Positions 43,245 through 52,385 of a stretch of DNA of 64,000 bases are shown here, piece after piece (the stretch's first letter is position 1; every line of letters begins with the position of its first letter). A program made the position numbers and the translations under genes. Source of the DNA: an uncultured delta proteobacterium. Its GTDB lineage: Bacteria > Desulfobacterota > Binatia > UBA9968. Under the pieces are notes generated by a model. The model ran no database searches. It was not told the DNA's origin and saw only the letters and a list, made by a program, of their open reading frames with translations. The stretch lies in the NCBI GenBank assembly GCA_963816145.1, contig CAWFJP010000001.1, positions 1 through 64,000 on the forward strand. Reading direction: 5' to 3'.

Positions 43245-43850
43245 ATGATAATGATAGGGAAGCATACAACGATACTCTGTGCGCTAATCGTGACGGTGGG
43301 TTTGGCACATCCTGACGCCACCTGCGCCGGCGTTCCGACCGATCAAGTTCGCGCCACCGTCGATCGCGTGCTCGCGATCCTCAGAGACCCGGCATTGAAT
43401 TCCGTTGGCGCCAAAGCGGCGCGACGCTCGGAGTTGAGCAAAGCAATATTGCCGCGATTCGATTTCGCGGAAATGGCGAAACGTTCATTGGGCGCCGAGT
43501 GGCGCCGCCGGACGCCTGCGGAACAAGAGGAATTCATCCGGCTGTTTACCGAGCTGCTGAAGAATTCCTATGTCGAGTCCATCGAATCCTACCGCGGCGA
43601 GAAGGTTATTTACCGCAGCGAGTCCCAGGACGGCGCTTACGCCGATGTCGGCACCAAAGTCATAAACGATCGAGGCGAAGAATTTACCATCGATTACCGG
43701 CTTAATCTCGAGGGCAGTGAATGGAAAGCTTATGACGTGATCATCGAGAATATCAGTATCGTTAATAACTATCGCTCGCAGTTCGTCCGCATTCTCGGCC
43801 GCTCATCCTTCGCGGAACTGCTGCAATCGATTCGCGACAAGCTTCGTTAA
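43245..43850 (+). CDS. mlaC: MlaC/Ttg2D phospholipid-binding protein
   Basis: FDFAEMAKRSLG..W, IDYRL...WK.YDVIIENIS.V.NYRSQF. Confidence 0.92.
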   Translation: MIMIGKHTTILCALIVTVGLAHPDATCAGVPTDQVRATVDRVLAILRDPALNSVGAKAARRSELSKAILPRFDFAEMAKRSLGAEWRRRTPAEQEEFIRLFTELLKNSYVESIESYRGEKVIYRSESQDGAYADVGTKVINDRGEEFTIDYRLNLEGSEWKAYDVIIENISIVNNYRSQFVRILGRSSFAELLQSIRDKLR

Positions 43851-43878
43851 GCAAACCAACATTCCACTTGGAGGCCCC

Positions 43879-44391
43879 ATGTATCTACGGACCCTGTTGC
43901 TAATGCTTGCGCTCGGCGCGTTGGCGCTGTTTACCGCAGTCAACTGGAGCGCATTCACCACACCGACGACTCTTTCCGTCATCTTTGCCAGCGTCGAAGC
44001 GCCGCTGGGGTTGGTGTTGCTGGGCATGCTAGTCCTGTTGGCGGCTTTGTTTCTAGTCTATGTGGTCTATTTGCAATCTTCGGTGCTATTAGAGACCCGG
44101 CGCCACACCCGCGAGCTGGACTCCCAGCGCGAACTTGCCGAGCATGCCGAGATCTCACGCCTCCATGATTTGCGCTCGTTCCTCGAATCTCAGCTGCAAA
44201 TCCTCGGCAAGCAAAGCGAACAGTCCAAAGCAGAATTGTCGGCGCGTCTGGACCAGCTTGAAGGCGAGCTGCGTCAGTCCATAGAGCAGTGCCAAAATTC
44301 GCTGGCAGCGTCGCTGGCCGAGCTCGACGACCGGCTTGAACATGGCGCCGGCGAATCCCAACCTCGTAAGCTTCCCGAGCGATCGGTTTGA
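43879..44391 (+). CDS. LapA-like membrane protein with coiled-coil tail
   Basis: F.AVNW...TPTTLS.....EAPLGLVLL; two TM segments. Confidence 0.75.
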   Translation: MYLRTLLLMLALGALALFTAVNWSAFTTPTTLSVIFASVEAPLGLVLLGMLVLLAALFLVYVVYLQSSVLLETRRHTRELDSQRELAEHAEISRLHDLRSFLESQLQILGKQSEQSKAELSARLDQLEGELRQSIEQCQNSLAASLAELDDRLEHGAGESQPRKLPERSV

Positions 44392-44426
44392 ATCGCTGCT
44401 TTTATTGACGATTGAAAGGAGAACCT

Positions 44427-44999
44427 ATGGTGACCAAGGAAGATTTTAAGGAAAAGATCGAGGAGCAGCTAGCCAAATGGAACAACAGCATCGACGGCTT
44501 GAAAGTAAAATTTGCCGACGCGGAAGTGGACGCTAAAGCAAAGCTGCAAGATCAACTGAAGTCGCTTCATGACAAACGCGTCAAAGCGGAAAAAATTCTC
44601 GAAGAAATTTCCGTGACCAGCCAGGAGGTTTGGGAGCAGGTCAGGTCTGGCGCTGAACAAAGCTGGAGCGACCTGACCCGGACGGCAAAAAGTACCATGG
44701 ACAAAATGCGTAAAGCGATGGCCAAGCCCAACCGCGATGAAGAGATTCGCCTGATCGCTTATAAACTCTGGCTCAATGAAGGTTGTCCCGACGGACGCCA
44801 GTCGGAACATTGGCTGAAAGCCGAGTCCATTTGGCATGCGCGGCAAGACCAAACCACGCGGCCGGTTGAGCAAACGCCGGCTAAAGCCAAACGGCCAGGT
44901 AAAAAATCTGCCGCTCCGGCCGCCAGCAAAAGCCGGACGACAAAACCCAAAGCCGTTGCCAAGAATGAGCGTCCGGCGCGGGATGAAAAAACCCCCTAG
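44427..44999 (+). CDS. Coiled-coil plus DUF2934 fusion with basic tail
   Basis: AAGGAG RBS; EEIR.IAY.LW..EGCP.G...EHW..AE motif. Confidence 0.8.
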   Translation: MVTKEDFKEKIEEQLAKWNNSIDGLKVKFADAEVDAKAKLQDQLKSLHDKRVKAEKILEEISVTSQEVWEQVRSGAEQSWSDLTRTAKSTMDKMRKAMAKPNRDEEIRLIAYKLWLNEGCPDGRQSEHWLKAESIWHARQDQTTRPVEQTPAKAKRPGKKSAAPAASKSRTTKPKAVAKNERPARDEKTP

Positions 45000-45022
45000 C
45001 CAGCAGCCCGCATTGGCGGTCG

Positions 45023-45685
45023 GTGATGAGACGACGCGTAACGGTAATCGCTCTGTTGTTGATCCTCAGCCCGTCTGGCTGTGCCTGGATCCGTCAAAAC
45101 CGCTTGGCCGATTCCCGCGCTGAAGGACGTGTCGAGAACAACATCTACACCAGCCCGCGCCAATCCTTTCGGATTCGCCTTCCCTGGCTTTCATCCGACA
45201 GCACATTGCGTGACGAGCGACCCACGCCTAACACGATATTCGTGACCATCGAGGATAACCTGTGCCGTGAATTTCTTGTTTCCGAGCGGCCTGGTTTCCT
45301 GGGAAAGGAGTCGCTCCAATCATGGGTCGATGTGCATATCGTTGAGGATCTCAAGCGGCTGGGTCTTGAAGTACAGAGAAAGCCACTAACGACGCGCAAC
45401 GGCACGGCGATAGCGCTGCGCTATCGGGCACCCGCCGCTGCTCCTTGTAGCCAAACGACGGTAGCAGAGGGCAAACCGGTTGTCCGCAAGCTCGATGCCG
45501 ACGTCGGTTGGCATGTCTATCACCGCGATGGCGTGTTCTACCGGCTGATTTACATCGTCGGCATCGGCCCGGACGCGCCGAGCCTTTGGTATATCAATCG
45601 CGAGCCCGTCGATGCAGTGCTGGCCCAGTTCGCCGAGGGCTTCGAAATTCTTGACGTGAAAGAGCGTCAAGGTTTGCCAGAATAA
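45023..45685 (+). CDS. Hypothetical exported protein, possible lipoprotein
   Basis: Basic/hydrophobic N-terminus ending SGC. Confidence 0.6.
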   Translation: MMRRRVTVIALLLILSPSGCAWIRQNRLADSRAEGRVENNIYTSPRQSFRIRLPWLSSDSTLRDERPTPNTIFVTIEDNLCREFLVSERPGFLGKESLQSWVDVHIVEDLKRLGLEVQRKPLTTRNGTAIALRYRAPAAAPCSQTTVAEGKPVVRKLDADVGWHVYHRDGVFYRLIYIVGIGPDAPSLWYINREPVDAVLAQFAEGFEILDVKERQGLPE

Positions 45686-45750
45686 AATGATCGAACAACG
45701 GCGCAACAAGTAGCCATTGAACAAGAGTTCGCGCTGGATTTTCAGGCGCG

Positions 45751-46080
45751 TCAATCGTTGTGCGAGGCGGCCGGATTACGCCAGCCGCCGATATCGGCAG
45801 CGATGGCTTCCGCTTCCCGCGGTCCCCAGCTGCCGGTTTCGTACTCATGAACAGGCGTTCTATTGCCGAGAATCGGATCGATGGCGCCGTGATCCTCCAG
45901 GCTTTGGCGCGCCCGCTGCCGCAGTTGATCGAGATTCCAGCCGGATTTGGCAACACCCACAACCGGCAAATCAAGCAGTCCCCGCTTGGCTAACGCTTGT
46001 AGTGCAGGAAAAATCTGTTTGTCGGCGAGATCACCGGTGGCGCCGAAAAAAACCAGCGCGTCTGATTTGCTTTCGTTCAT
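45751..46080 (-). pseudogene. zwf: Internally deleted glucose-6-phosphate dehydrogenase
   Basis: N-terminal LVFFGATGDLA..IFPAL joined in frame to C-terminal DPIL....VHEY..GSWGP.EA. Confidence 0.85.
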
Positions 46081-46405
46081 ATTAAATTGGTTTGGCGATG
46101 GGACCTATAGTGCCTTACGATCAGCAACAACTGTACCGTAAAAATACTTAACACGGGCTGCAAGGGATTGGCACGGCATTATTAAAAGCAACAGCAGCTC
46201 GAGCGCGGGTTGTTATTGTTGCAATGTTGTGGCGGCGAAAAGTTCTCACCAAGCCACGCATTATTGCCACATTGTCCCGTGGCGAAATTGCTATCGCCGA
46301 AAGAATCGCGCGAGGCGCTTTGCGTAACCGAAACTTTCCCGCCCGGTGTTTCGCAAGTGTGACAAAATCGTTGCCTGGCCGCAGCGATAAACCGGCGATT
46401 ATTAC

Positions 46406-46420
46406 TGGCACCTGGATTGC
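46406..46420 (+). promoter_or_regulatory. Sigma-54 promoter TGGCACCTGGATTGC for glgP
   Basis: Consensus; TCGCA-N4-TGACA site at 46351. Confidence 0.8.
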
Positions 46421-46481
46421 TTTTTTGTCGAGGGATCACAATCCATGACAAGTTCGCAGTCACATCGGCATAGCTCCGGTA

Positions 46482-46613
46482 GAGACTGTGTCGCAACTGT
46501 CATTTCGAGGTGAAGCCGAGAAATCTCTTCTTCGTATGTGGCTGAAAACACGAGATCCCTCGCTGCGCTCGGGATGACAAATGTGGGGCATTTGCGCATT
46601 ACGACACAGCCTC
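46482..46613. mobile_element. 132-bp MITE-like element with internal REP doublet
   Basis: TIRs GAGACTGTGTCGCAA / TTACGACACAGCCTC (13/15 match), flanked by GTA direct repeats. Confidence 0.75.
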
Positions 46614-49213
46614 GTAGCGGGGAGAAGAACCGCTCGGGCAGCAGCAAGAAATTGAATACGGAAAAAAGATTAGCCGATGGCAGATTTTTGCTCGGTGCCC
46701 GCAGCCTCTATCCGCTTGACGACATCGAAGGTCTCGACTCCTTGACGGAGCTCGCGCTGGACTTGCGCTGGTCTTGGAATCACGCGGCGGATGAATTGTG
46801 GCAACAACTCGATCCTGGCCTTTGGCAGGCGACCCGCAATCCTTGGCTGATCCTGCAAACGATTGCCCGAGACCGGCTGAAAAGCCTACTGGCCGACAGC
46901 GCCTTCAAGCACCGTGTTGACATTCTCGATCGCGAGCGGCGCGACTCACTCGCAGCGTCTTCCTGGTTTCAAGAAGCTTTTCCGCGGGCGCCGCTCACCT
47001 GTGTTGCCTACTTCAGCATGGAGTTCATGTTGAGCGAGGCGCTGCCGATTTACTCCGGCGGCTTGGGCAATGTCGCCGGCGATCAGCTCAAGGCGGCAAG
47101 CGATCTTGGCGTGCCGGTGATCGCCATCGGCTTGCTCTATCAGCAAGGCTATTTTCGCCAAGTAATCGACCACGACGGCGCGCAGCAAGCGCTCTACCCT
47201 TACAACGATCCAGGCCAGCTGCCGCTGACGCCGCTGCGCGAGGCCAACGGCGAATGGCTGCGCATCGAGCTATCCTTTCCGGGCTACAGCGTCTGGCTGC
47301 GCTGCTGGCAGGTTCAGGTCGGTCGTACCCATCTCTACCTGCTTGACAGCAATGACCCGGTAAATATTCCGGCGCACCGCGGCATCACCAGCGAGCTTTA
47401 CGGCGGCGGCCCTGAGTTGCGCCTGCAGCAGGAGTTGATTCTCGGCATCGGCGGCTGGCGGCTGTTGCGCGCCCTCGGCATCAAACCCGAAGTTTGTCAC
47501 CTCAACGAGGGGCATGCGGCGTTTGCAGTGGTCGAACGGGCGCGAGATTACATGGACGAGAGCCGACAGTCTTTCGAAATCGCGTTGACGGTTACGCGAG
47601 CGGGCAATCTTTTCACCACCCATACCCCGGTCGAGGCCGGATTCGATCGCTTCACGCCTAAGCTGGTCGAGCGTTACTTGCGCGGCTACAGCGAGGAGAA
47701 GCTGCAAATTCCGTTCGACGCATTGCTCGCCCTTGGCCGCCGGGACAGCAGGGATCGCGCCGAGCTTTTCAACATGGCCTACCTGGCCACGCGCGGCAGC
47801 GGCGCCGTCAACGGCGTCAGTCGGCTTCACGGCGCGGTCAGCCGGCGCATCTTTCAACCCCTCTATCCGCGCTGGCCGCAGGCCGAAGTGCCGATCAAGC
47901 ATGTCACCAACGGCGTGCACACGCCGAGTTGGGACTCGGCCGAGGCGGACGAATTCTGGACCGCTCGCTGCGGCAAGGACCGTTGGATAGGCGCCACCGA
48001 AGCGCTAGCGCAGGCCATCCGATGCGCCGCCGACGCCGACCTCTGGCAACTGCGCGCAGCGGTCAGAAAATCGCTCGTAGCGTATGTGCGCGACCGGCTT
48101 GCGCTCCAATTGATCGCTTCGGGCACGCCACCGGAACACCTGGCGGTGGTCCAACAGATTTTCGATCCGGACACGCTGACCCTCGGTTTTGCCCGCCGCT
48201 TCGCCACCTACAAACGGCCGAACCTATTGCTGCACGATCCCGACCGATTGCTGCGCATCCTGACCCATCCGACCCGTCCGGTGCAATTGGTCATTGCCGG
48301 CAAGGCGCATCCCGCGGACGGGCCGGGACAGCGGATGATCCAAGACTGGACCCGTTTTATCCGTCGTACCCAAGCGCGTAAATACGTCGCTCTTTTGAGC
48401 GATTACGACATGCTGATGGCCGAGCGTCTGGTCCAAGGAGTGGATGTCTGGATCAACACGCCGCGACGGCCCTGGGAAGCCAGCGGCACGAGCGGCATGA
48501 AAGTGCTGGTCAACGGCGGTCTTAATTTATCCGAGCTCGATGGCTGGTGGGCCGAGGCGTACGCGCCCGAGCTGGGTTGGGCCATCGGTGACGGCCAAGA
48601 GCATGGCGACGACCCTAGTTGGGACGCAGCCGAAGCCGAAACGCTCTATGCGCTGTTGGAGCAGCAAATCGTGCCGGAATTCTATAGCCGCAACGACCGT
48701 GGCATACCGATCGCATGGGTAGCTCGAACGCGCGAGAGCATGGCCCGGCTCACGCCCTATTTTTCCGCCAATCGAACCGTGCGCGAATACACCGAGAAGA
48801 ACTATTTGCCGGCCGCTGAAGCGTATCGCCGGCGCTCGGCCGATGGCGCTGCTCTGGGAAGTGAGCTGGTTCGGTGGCGCAACGCCATCGAACAACACTG
48901 GTCCAAAATACGCTTCGGCGAGCTCACTGTGAAAACTGAACCGCCATGGCATGATTTTCAGGTGCAGGTTTATCTCGACGACCTCGATCCGGAAGCGATT
49001 CAGGTGGAGCTTTATGCCGAAGCCGAAAACGGCCGCGAGGCGGCGGGTCAAAAAATGGCGCGCAGCGCACAACTCGTGGCGGCGCGCGGCTTCAGTTATA
49101 GCGCTCGCGTGTCGGCGTCGCGTCCCACGACCGACTACACGCCCCGGGTCGTGCCGTTTCATCCCGCCGCCCAAGTTCCCTTGGAACAACCTGCTATCCT
49201 TTGGCAACGGTAA
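46538..49213 (+). CDS. glgP: Alpha-glucan (glycogen) phosphorylase; original start probably 46445
   Basis: YFSMEF, YSGGLG, HLNEGH, FARRFATYKR, EASGTSGMK. Confidence 0.95.
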   Translation: MAENTRSLAALGMTNVGHLRITTQPRSGEKNRSGSSKKLNTEKRLADGRFLLGARSLYPLDDIEGLDSLTELALDLRWSWNHAADELWQQLDPGLWQATRNPWLILQTIARDRLKSLLADSAFKHRVDILDRERRDSLAASSWFQEAFPRAPLTCVAYFSMEFMLSEALPIYSGGLGNVAGDQLKAASDLGVPVIAIGLLYQQGYFRQVIDHDGAQQALYPYNDPGQLPLTPLREANGEWLRIELSFPGYSVWLRCWQVQVGRTHLYLLDSNDPVNIPAHRGITSELYGGGPELRLQQELILGIGGWRLLRALGIKPEVCHLNEGHAAFAVVERARDYMDESRQSFEIALTVTRAGNLFTTHTPVEAGFDRFTPKLVERYLRGYSEEKLQIPFDALLALGRRDSRDRAELFNMAYLATRGSGAVNGVSRLHGAVSRRIFQPLYPRWPQAEVPIKHVTNGVHTPSWDSAEADEFWTARCGKDRWIGATEALAQAIRCAADADLWQLRAAVRKSLVAYVRDRLALQLIASGTPPEHLAVVQQIFDPDTLTLGFARRFATYKRPNLLLHDPDRLLRILTHPTRPVQLVIAGKAHPADGPGQRMIQDWTRFIRRTQARKYVALLSDYDMLMAERLVQGVDVWINTPRRPWEASGTSGMKVLVNGGLNLSELDGWWAEAYAPELGWAIGDGQEHGDDPSWDAAEAETLYALLEQQIVPEFYSRNDRGIPIAWVARTRESMARLTPYFSANRTVREYTEKNYLPAAEAYRRRSADGAALGSELVRWRNAIEQHWSKIRFGELTVKTEPPWHDFQVQVYLDDLDPEAIQVELYAEAENGREAAGQKMARSAQLVAARGFSYSARVSASRPTTDYTPRVVPFHPAAQVPLEQPAILWQR

Positions 49214-49313
49214 GGTGATCGCCCCCACTGTAACCACCGGCAGCTCCACCAAACTCATCTCACCGATTTTCCGTTCCGCCATGTATCGACACAACATAAC
49301 GAAACCTCACCTC

Positions 49314-49332
49314 TAGGGGACGAGTTCCCCTA
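49314..49332 (+). terminator. Possible terminator hairpin after glgP
   Basis: TAGGGGA-CGAGT-TCCCCTA followed by an AT-rich run. Confidence 0.4.
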
Positions 49333-49554
49333 TATTATGTTTGGATGTGGCAACCCACGTAATGCTGTTCGACGTGGCTACGCAGACATACGTTTATGAT
49401 AGGGTGTTTGTGTACTCAGGCGCCCAATTAGAATTGCAGCCGTATGAATTGCTCGTACCGTCGTCAACGACACCAGCGTCGGCCCGCGATCTGGAGGCCT
49501 ACTGCAGCGAAGGCGGCGGTGAAATACTGCGCGGAGACCTTTCAAACGCGCTAG

Positions 49555-50535
49555 ATGCGACTGTCAATGGAATGCTTCAGGATTTGGGCTCGCGGATTGA
49601 TTGACCATCACGGGACCGTGCTGGCATACTCGGCTTTGTTTCGGTATTTGCGAGACATAGTTTCATTGGTTTGTCTGTTTAGCGCATGGTTCGCATCTGT
49701 CGCGGCCCACGCGCAGACGGACGGCAAAGAGCTGGTCGCGAAGGGACAGTATATTTTCTCCGTCGCCGGTGGATGCGCTTGTCACAGCGATCCGAAGGGG
49801 ACGCAGCACGCGGGGGGAAGAGCCTTTCCGATTCCCTTCGGCACCGTGTACAGCACCAACCTGACTGCGGACAAAGAGACTGGACTGGGCAGTTGGACGG
49901 ATCAACAGATCGCCGACGCCATCACCAAGGGAATTCGCCGCGACGGCAGTCGAATCATTCCGGTGATGCCCTTTGGGCTCTATTCGGGCATGGCCCAGGA
50001 GGATCTGCAGGCGCTGATCGCTTTCCTGCGCACGCTCAAGGCGGTGCGAAAGCCGACGCCCGAATTGCAGGCTTCCATTCCCCTGCTTCGAAGCGTTGCC
50101 ACCGAAGGATGGCTGAAGGCCTTTGGCCAGTTTTTTACGCCACCGGCAACGGCGCCGAAGGGCGGACTCGAACGAGGCAAGTACCTCACGGAGCACGTCG
50201 CGATCTGCGGCGACTGCCATACGCCGAGAAGCTCCATCGGCGTCCCGAACCGGGCGCTTTATCTGGCCGGCGCGAGCAAGGAGATCGGCCCACTGGGTGA
50301 GCTCGTTCCCAACATCACGCCGGACAAAGACACCGGCATTGGCAGTTGGACGCGCGACGATATCGCCGAGTTGCTTCGCAAAGGCACCAAGCCGGACTTG
50401 GATTACGTGCGCGGCCTGATGTTCGACGTCATCGAAGGCACATCGCACGGCTACCGCAACATGAGCCGAGAAGACGCCCTGGCGATCGCCGATTACCTCA
50501 AGTCAATCCCTGCGCTCAAACATAAAATCAAATAA
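49555..50535 (+). CDS. Diheme cytochrome c (gluconate/alcohol dehydrogenase cytochrome-subunit-like); start probably downstream
   Basis: CACH and CGDCH; PFGTVYSTNLT.D.ETGLG.W; PNITPD. Confidence 0.88.
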   Translation: MRLSMECFRIWARGLIDHHGTVLAYSALFRYLRDIVSLVCLFSAWFASVAAHAQTDGKELVAKGQYIFSVAGGCACHSDPKGTQHAGGRAFPIPFGTVYSTNLTADKETGLGSWTDQQIADAITKGIRRDGSRIIPVMPFGLYSGMAQEDLQALIAFLRTLKAVRKPTPELQASIPLLRSVATEGWLKAFGQFFTPPATAPKGGLERGKYLTEHVAICGDCHTPRSSIGVPNRALYLAGASKEIGPLGELVPNITPDKDTGIGSWTRDDIAELLRKGTKPDLDYVRGLMFDVIEGTSHGYRNMSREDALAIADYLKSIPALKHKIK

Positions 50536-50606
50536 GATTTCCCACGAAAACGCGCAGACCCGTATTTGGGGTTCGCGCGACCGCGCCGGCGGGCCTCTCG
50601 CGGAAA

Positions 50607-50810
50607 CTACGCCGCTAGCCGATCCCCGCGGTGGTTAAGCTTTCGATAGGATTTCAGGCGCAGCGCCGGTTCGTATTCACGAACGTGATCTAAACGGGAT
50701 TGAAACCACGTGCCTTTTGGCCACGGCCAAATTGTCTGTGGCAGATCATCCTCATCGTAGCAGCCGTCGTTTACCGGACTCTGTAAAAACACCGACTCCC
50801 AAGCGTTCAT
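50607..50810 (-). CDS. Unrecognised 67-aa Trp-rich small protein, paralogue B
   Basis: AAGGAGG RBS; first 18 aa identical to paralogue A. Confidence 0.9.
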   Translation of the reverse strand: MNAWESVFLQSPVNDGCYDEDDLPQTIWPWPKGTWFQSRLDHVREYEPALRLKSYRKLNHRGDRLAA

Positions 50811-50902
50811 GCGAATTAACCTCCTTCAAGTCCCGTAACTCAAGTGGGAGAGCTAGCACCCCGAGTTGCTGTGTTGATCGATGCGATTGCCAATGAGTAT
50901 CC

Positions 50903-50917
50903 GCAAACGTGATGCCA
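50903..50917 (-). promoter_or_regulatory. Sigma-54 promoter TGGCATCACGTTTGC
   Basis: Activator-like sites at 50959, 50989, 51020. Confidence 0.8.
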
Positions 50918-51163
50918 GCGAGATCGACGGACTCGATCGCTCGGGTAATGGATTTTCGTGTGACTTTTGACCAAAGCTTATTTTCCATTCTCAATCTTGC
51001 CATCAACCGTAGCTTTGCTTCTCACTATCGAAAAAATCTACCTACCGATTAACCGGATTTAGGTAGGCTAAGCCGGCTGCGTAAGCACGGTAATTTCGCT
51101 AAGATCGAGAGAATCGCTGGGAGATTGGGCGCATGAACGAGTTGCTAAGCGCCGGAGACTGCC

Positions 51164-52319
51164 GTGACCCATAGAACCCATTTCGACATCATCGTGTCGC
51201 TGCTGCTGGCAAGCTTGTTGTTTGTCGGCGCCACCCGGTCAATGGCGGCCGAGCCAGCGCCGGCCGAGGAACTGCAAGTTTTTGTCCGTCCCGGTTGTCC
51301 CTATTGCGAAGCCGCCAAACGATTCTTGCCTGAGCTGCAGCGCTCCCGGCCCACGCTGCGGATTCGGATTCGCGACATAAGCGAAGATCGCCAAGCACTG
51401 GCGGATCTGCAAAATCTCGCCGATCGATTCGGCATGCGTCCCATCGGCGTGCCGGCGTTTTACTCTGCGCGGTAAGTTGATCATTGGTTTCGACAGCGGC
51501 GAAACCACCGGGCGGGAGCTGGCAGCGCTGCTCGATCAACCGGCAGCGCCGGGGATCACCGACGGCCCCGCCCCTGCTATTCAGTTGCCCCTGCTTGGCC
51601 CAGTCGACCTGCGCCGTTTGGGGCTGCCGCTGTTCACCATCGTCTTGGGTCTGCTCGACGGCTTCAATCCCTGCGCCATGTGGCTGTTGCTGTTTCTCTT
51701 GTCGATGCTGATCAATCTGCGCGATCGCAAGAAAATGTTTTTGATCGGCGGCGTTTTTGTCGCCGTCAGCGGCTTAGTCTACTTTGCCTTCATGGCCGCC
51801 TGGCTCAACATTTTTTTCTTGATCGGCATGTCACGCTTGACGCAACTATTACTCGGCGCCATCGCCCTGCTGGTCGGCAGCCTCAATGTCAAGGACTATT
51901 TCGCTTTCGGCGCCGGGCTTTCAGTCGGAATTCCCGAACGGGCCAAACCGCGCATCTATCGCCAAGTGCGCCAAATCATTCGCGCCGAGAACTTGACCGG
52001 AGCGCTGGCGGCGGTGAGCCTGCTCGCGCTGCTGGTCAATACCGTCGAACTGCTCTGTACCGCCGGCATTCCGGCGATCTACACCAGAGTGCTGACCGAG
52101 CAGGCTCTGCCCGGCTGGGCGTACTACGGCTACTTGGCTCTGTACAATCTCGCTTATATGGCCGACGACAGTTTGATGCTGGCGATCGCCGTGGTGACTC
52201 TCAGCGGGCGGAAACTCCAAGAACGCGGTGGCCGCTGGTTAAAGCTGGTAAGCGGCATGGTGATGCTGGCACTCGGTTTAATTCTGCTGCTCCGACCCGA
52301 GTGGCTGGGGAAGTTATAG
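51164..52319 (+). pseudogene. Glutaredoxin (CPYC) plus membrane domain protein, frameshift near 51464
   Basis: GCPYC..A, GVPAFY; removing one T joins to LIIGF...GLLDGFNPCAMW...VELLCTAG.PA.Y. Confidence 0.8.
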
Positions 52320-52385
52320 TGATATTACCGATGGGGGTGGCGCTCGCTGACGAGGGCGCTAAGGCGACCAGCGCCGGAGGTTAGC

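Noticed and set aside
46511-46513. In-frame TGA before a hairpin as selenocysteine recoding
   Set aside because: The codon lies inside an inserted repeat; phosphorylases have no Sec there
49341-49604. 87-aa ORF between glgP and the cytochrome
   Set aside because: TTG start without RBS and no motif; may be a gene remnant but is unsupported
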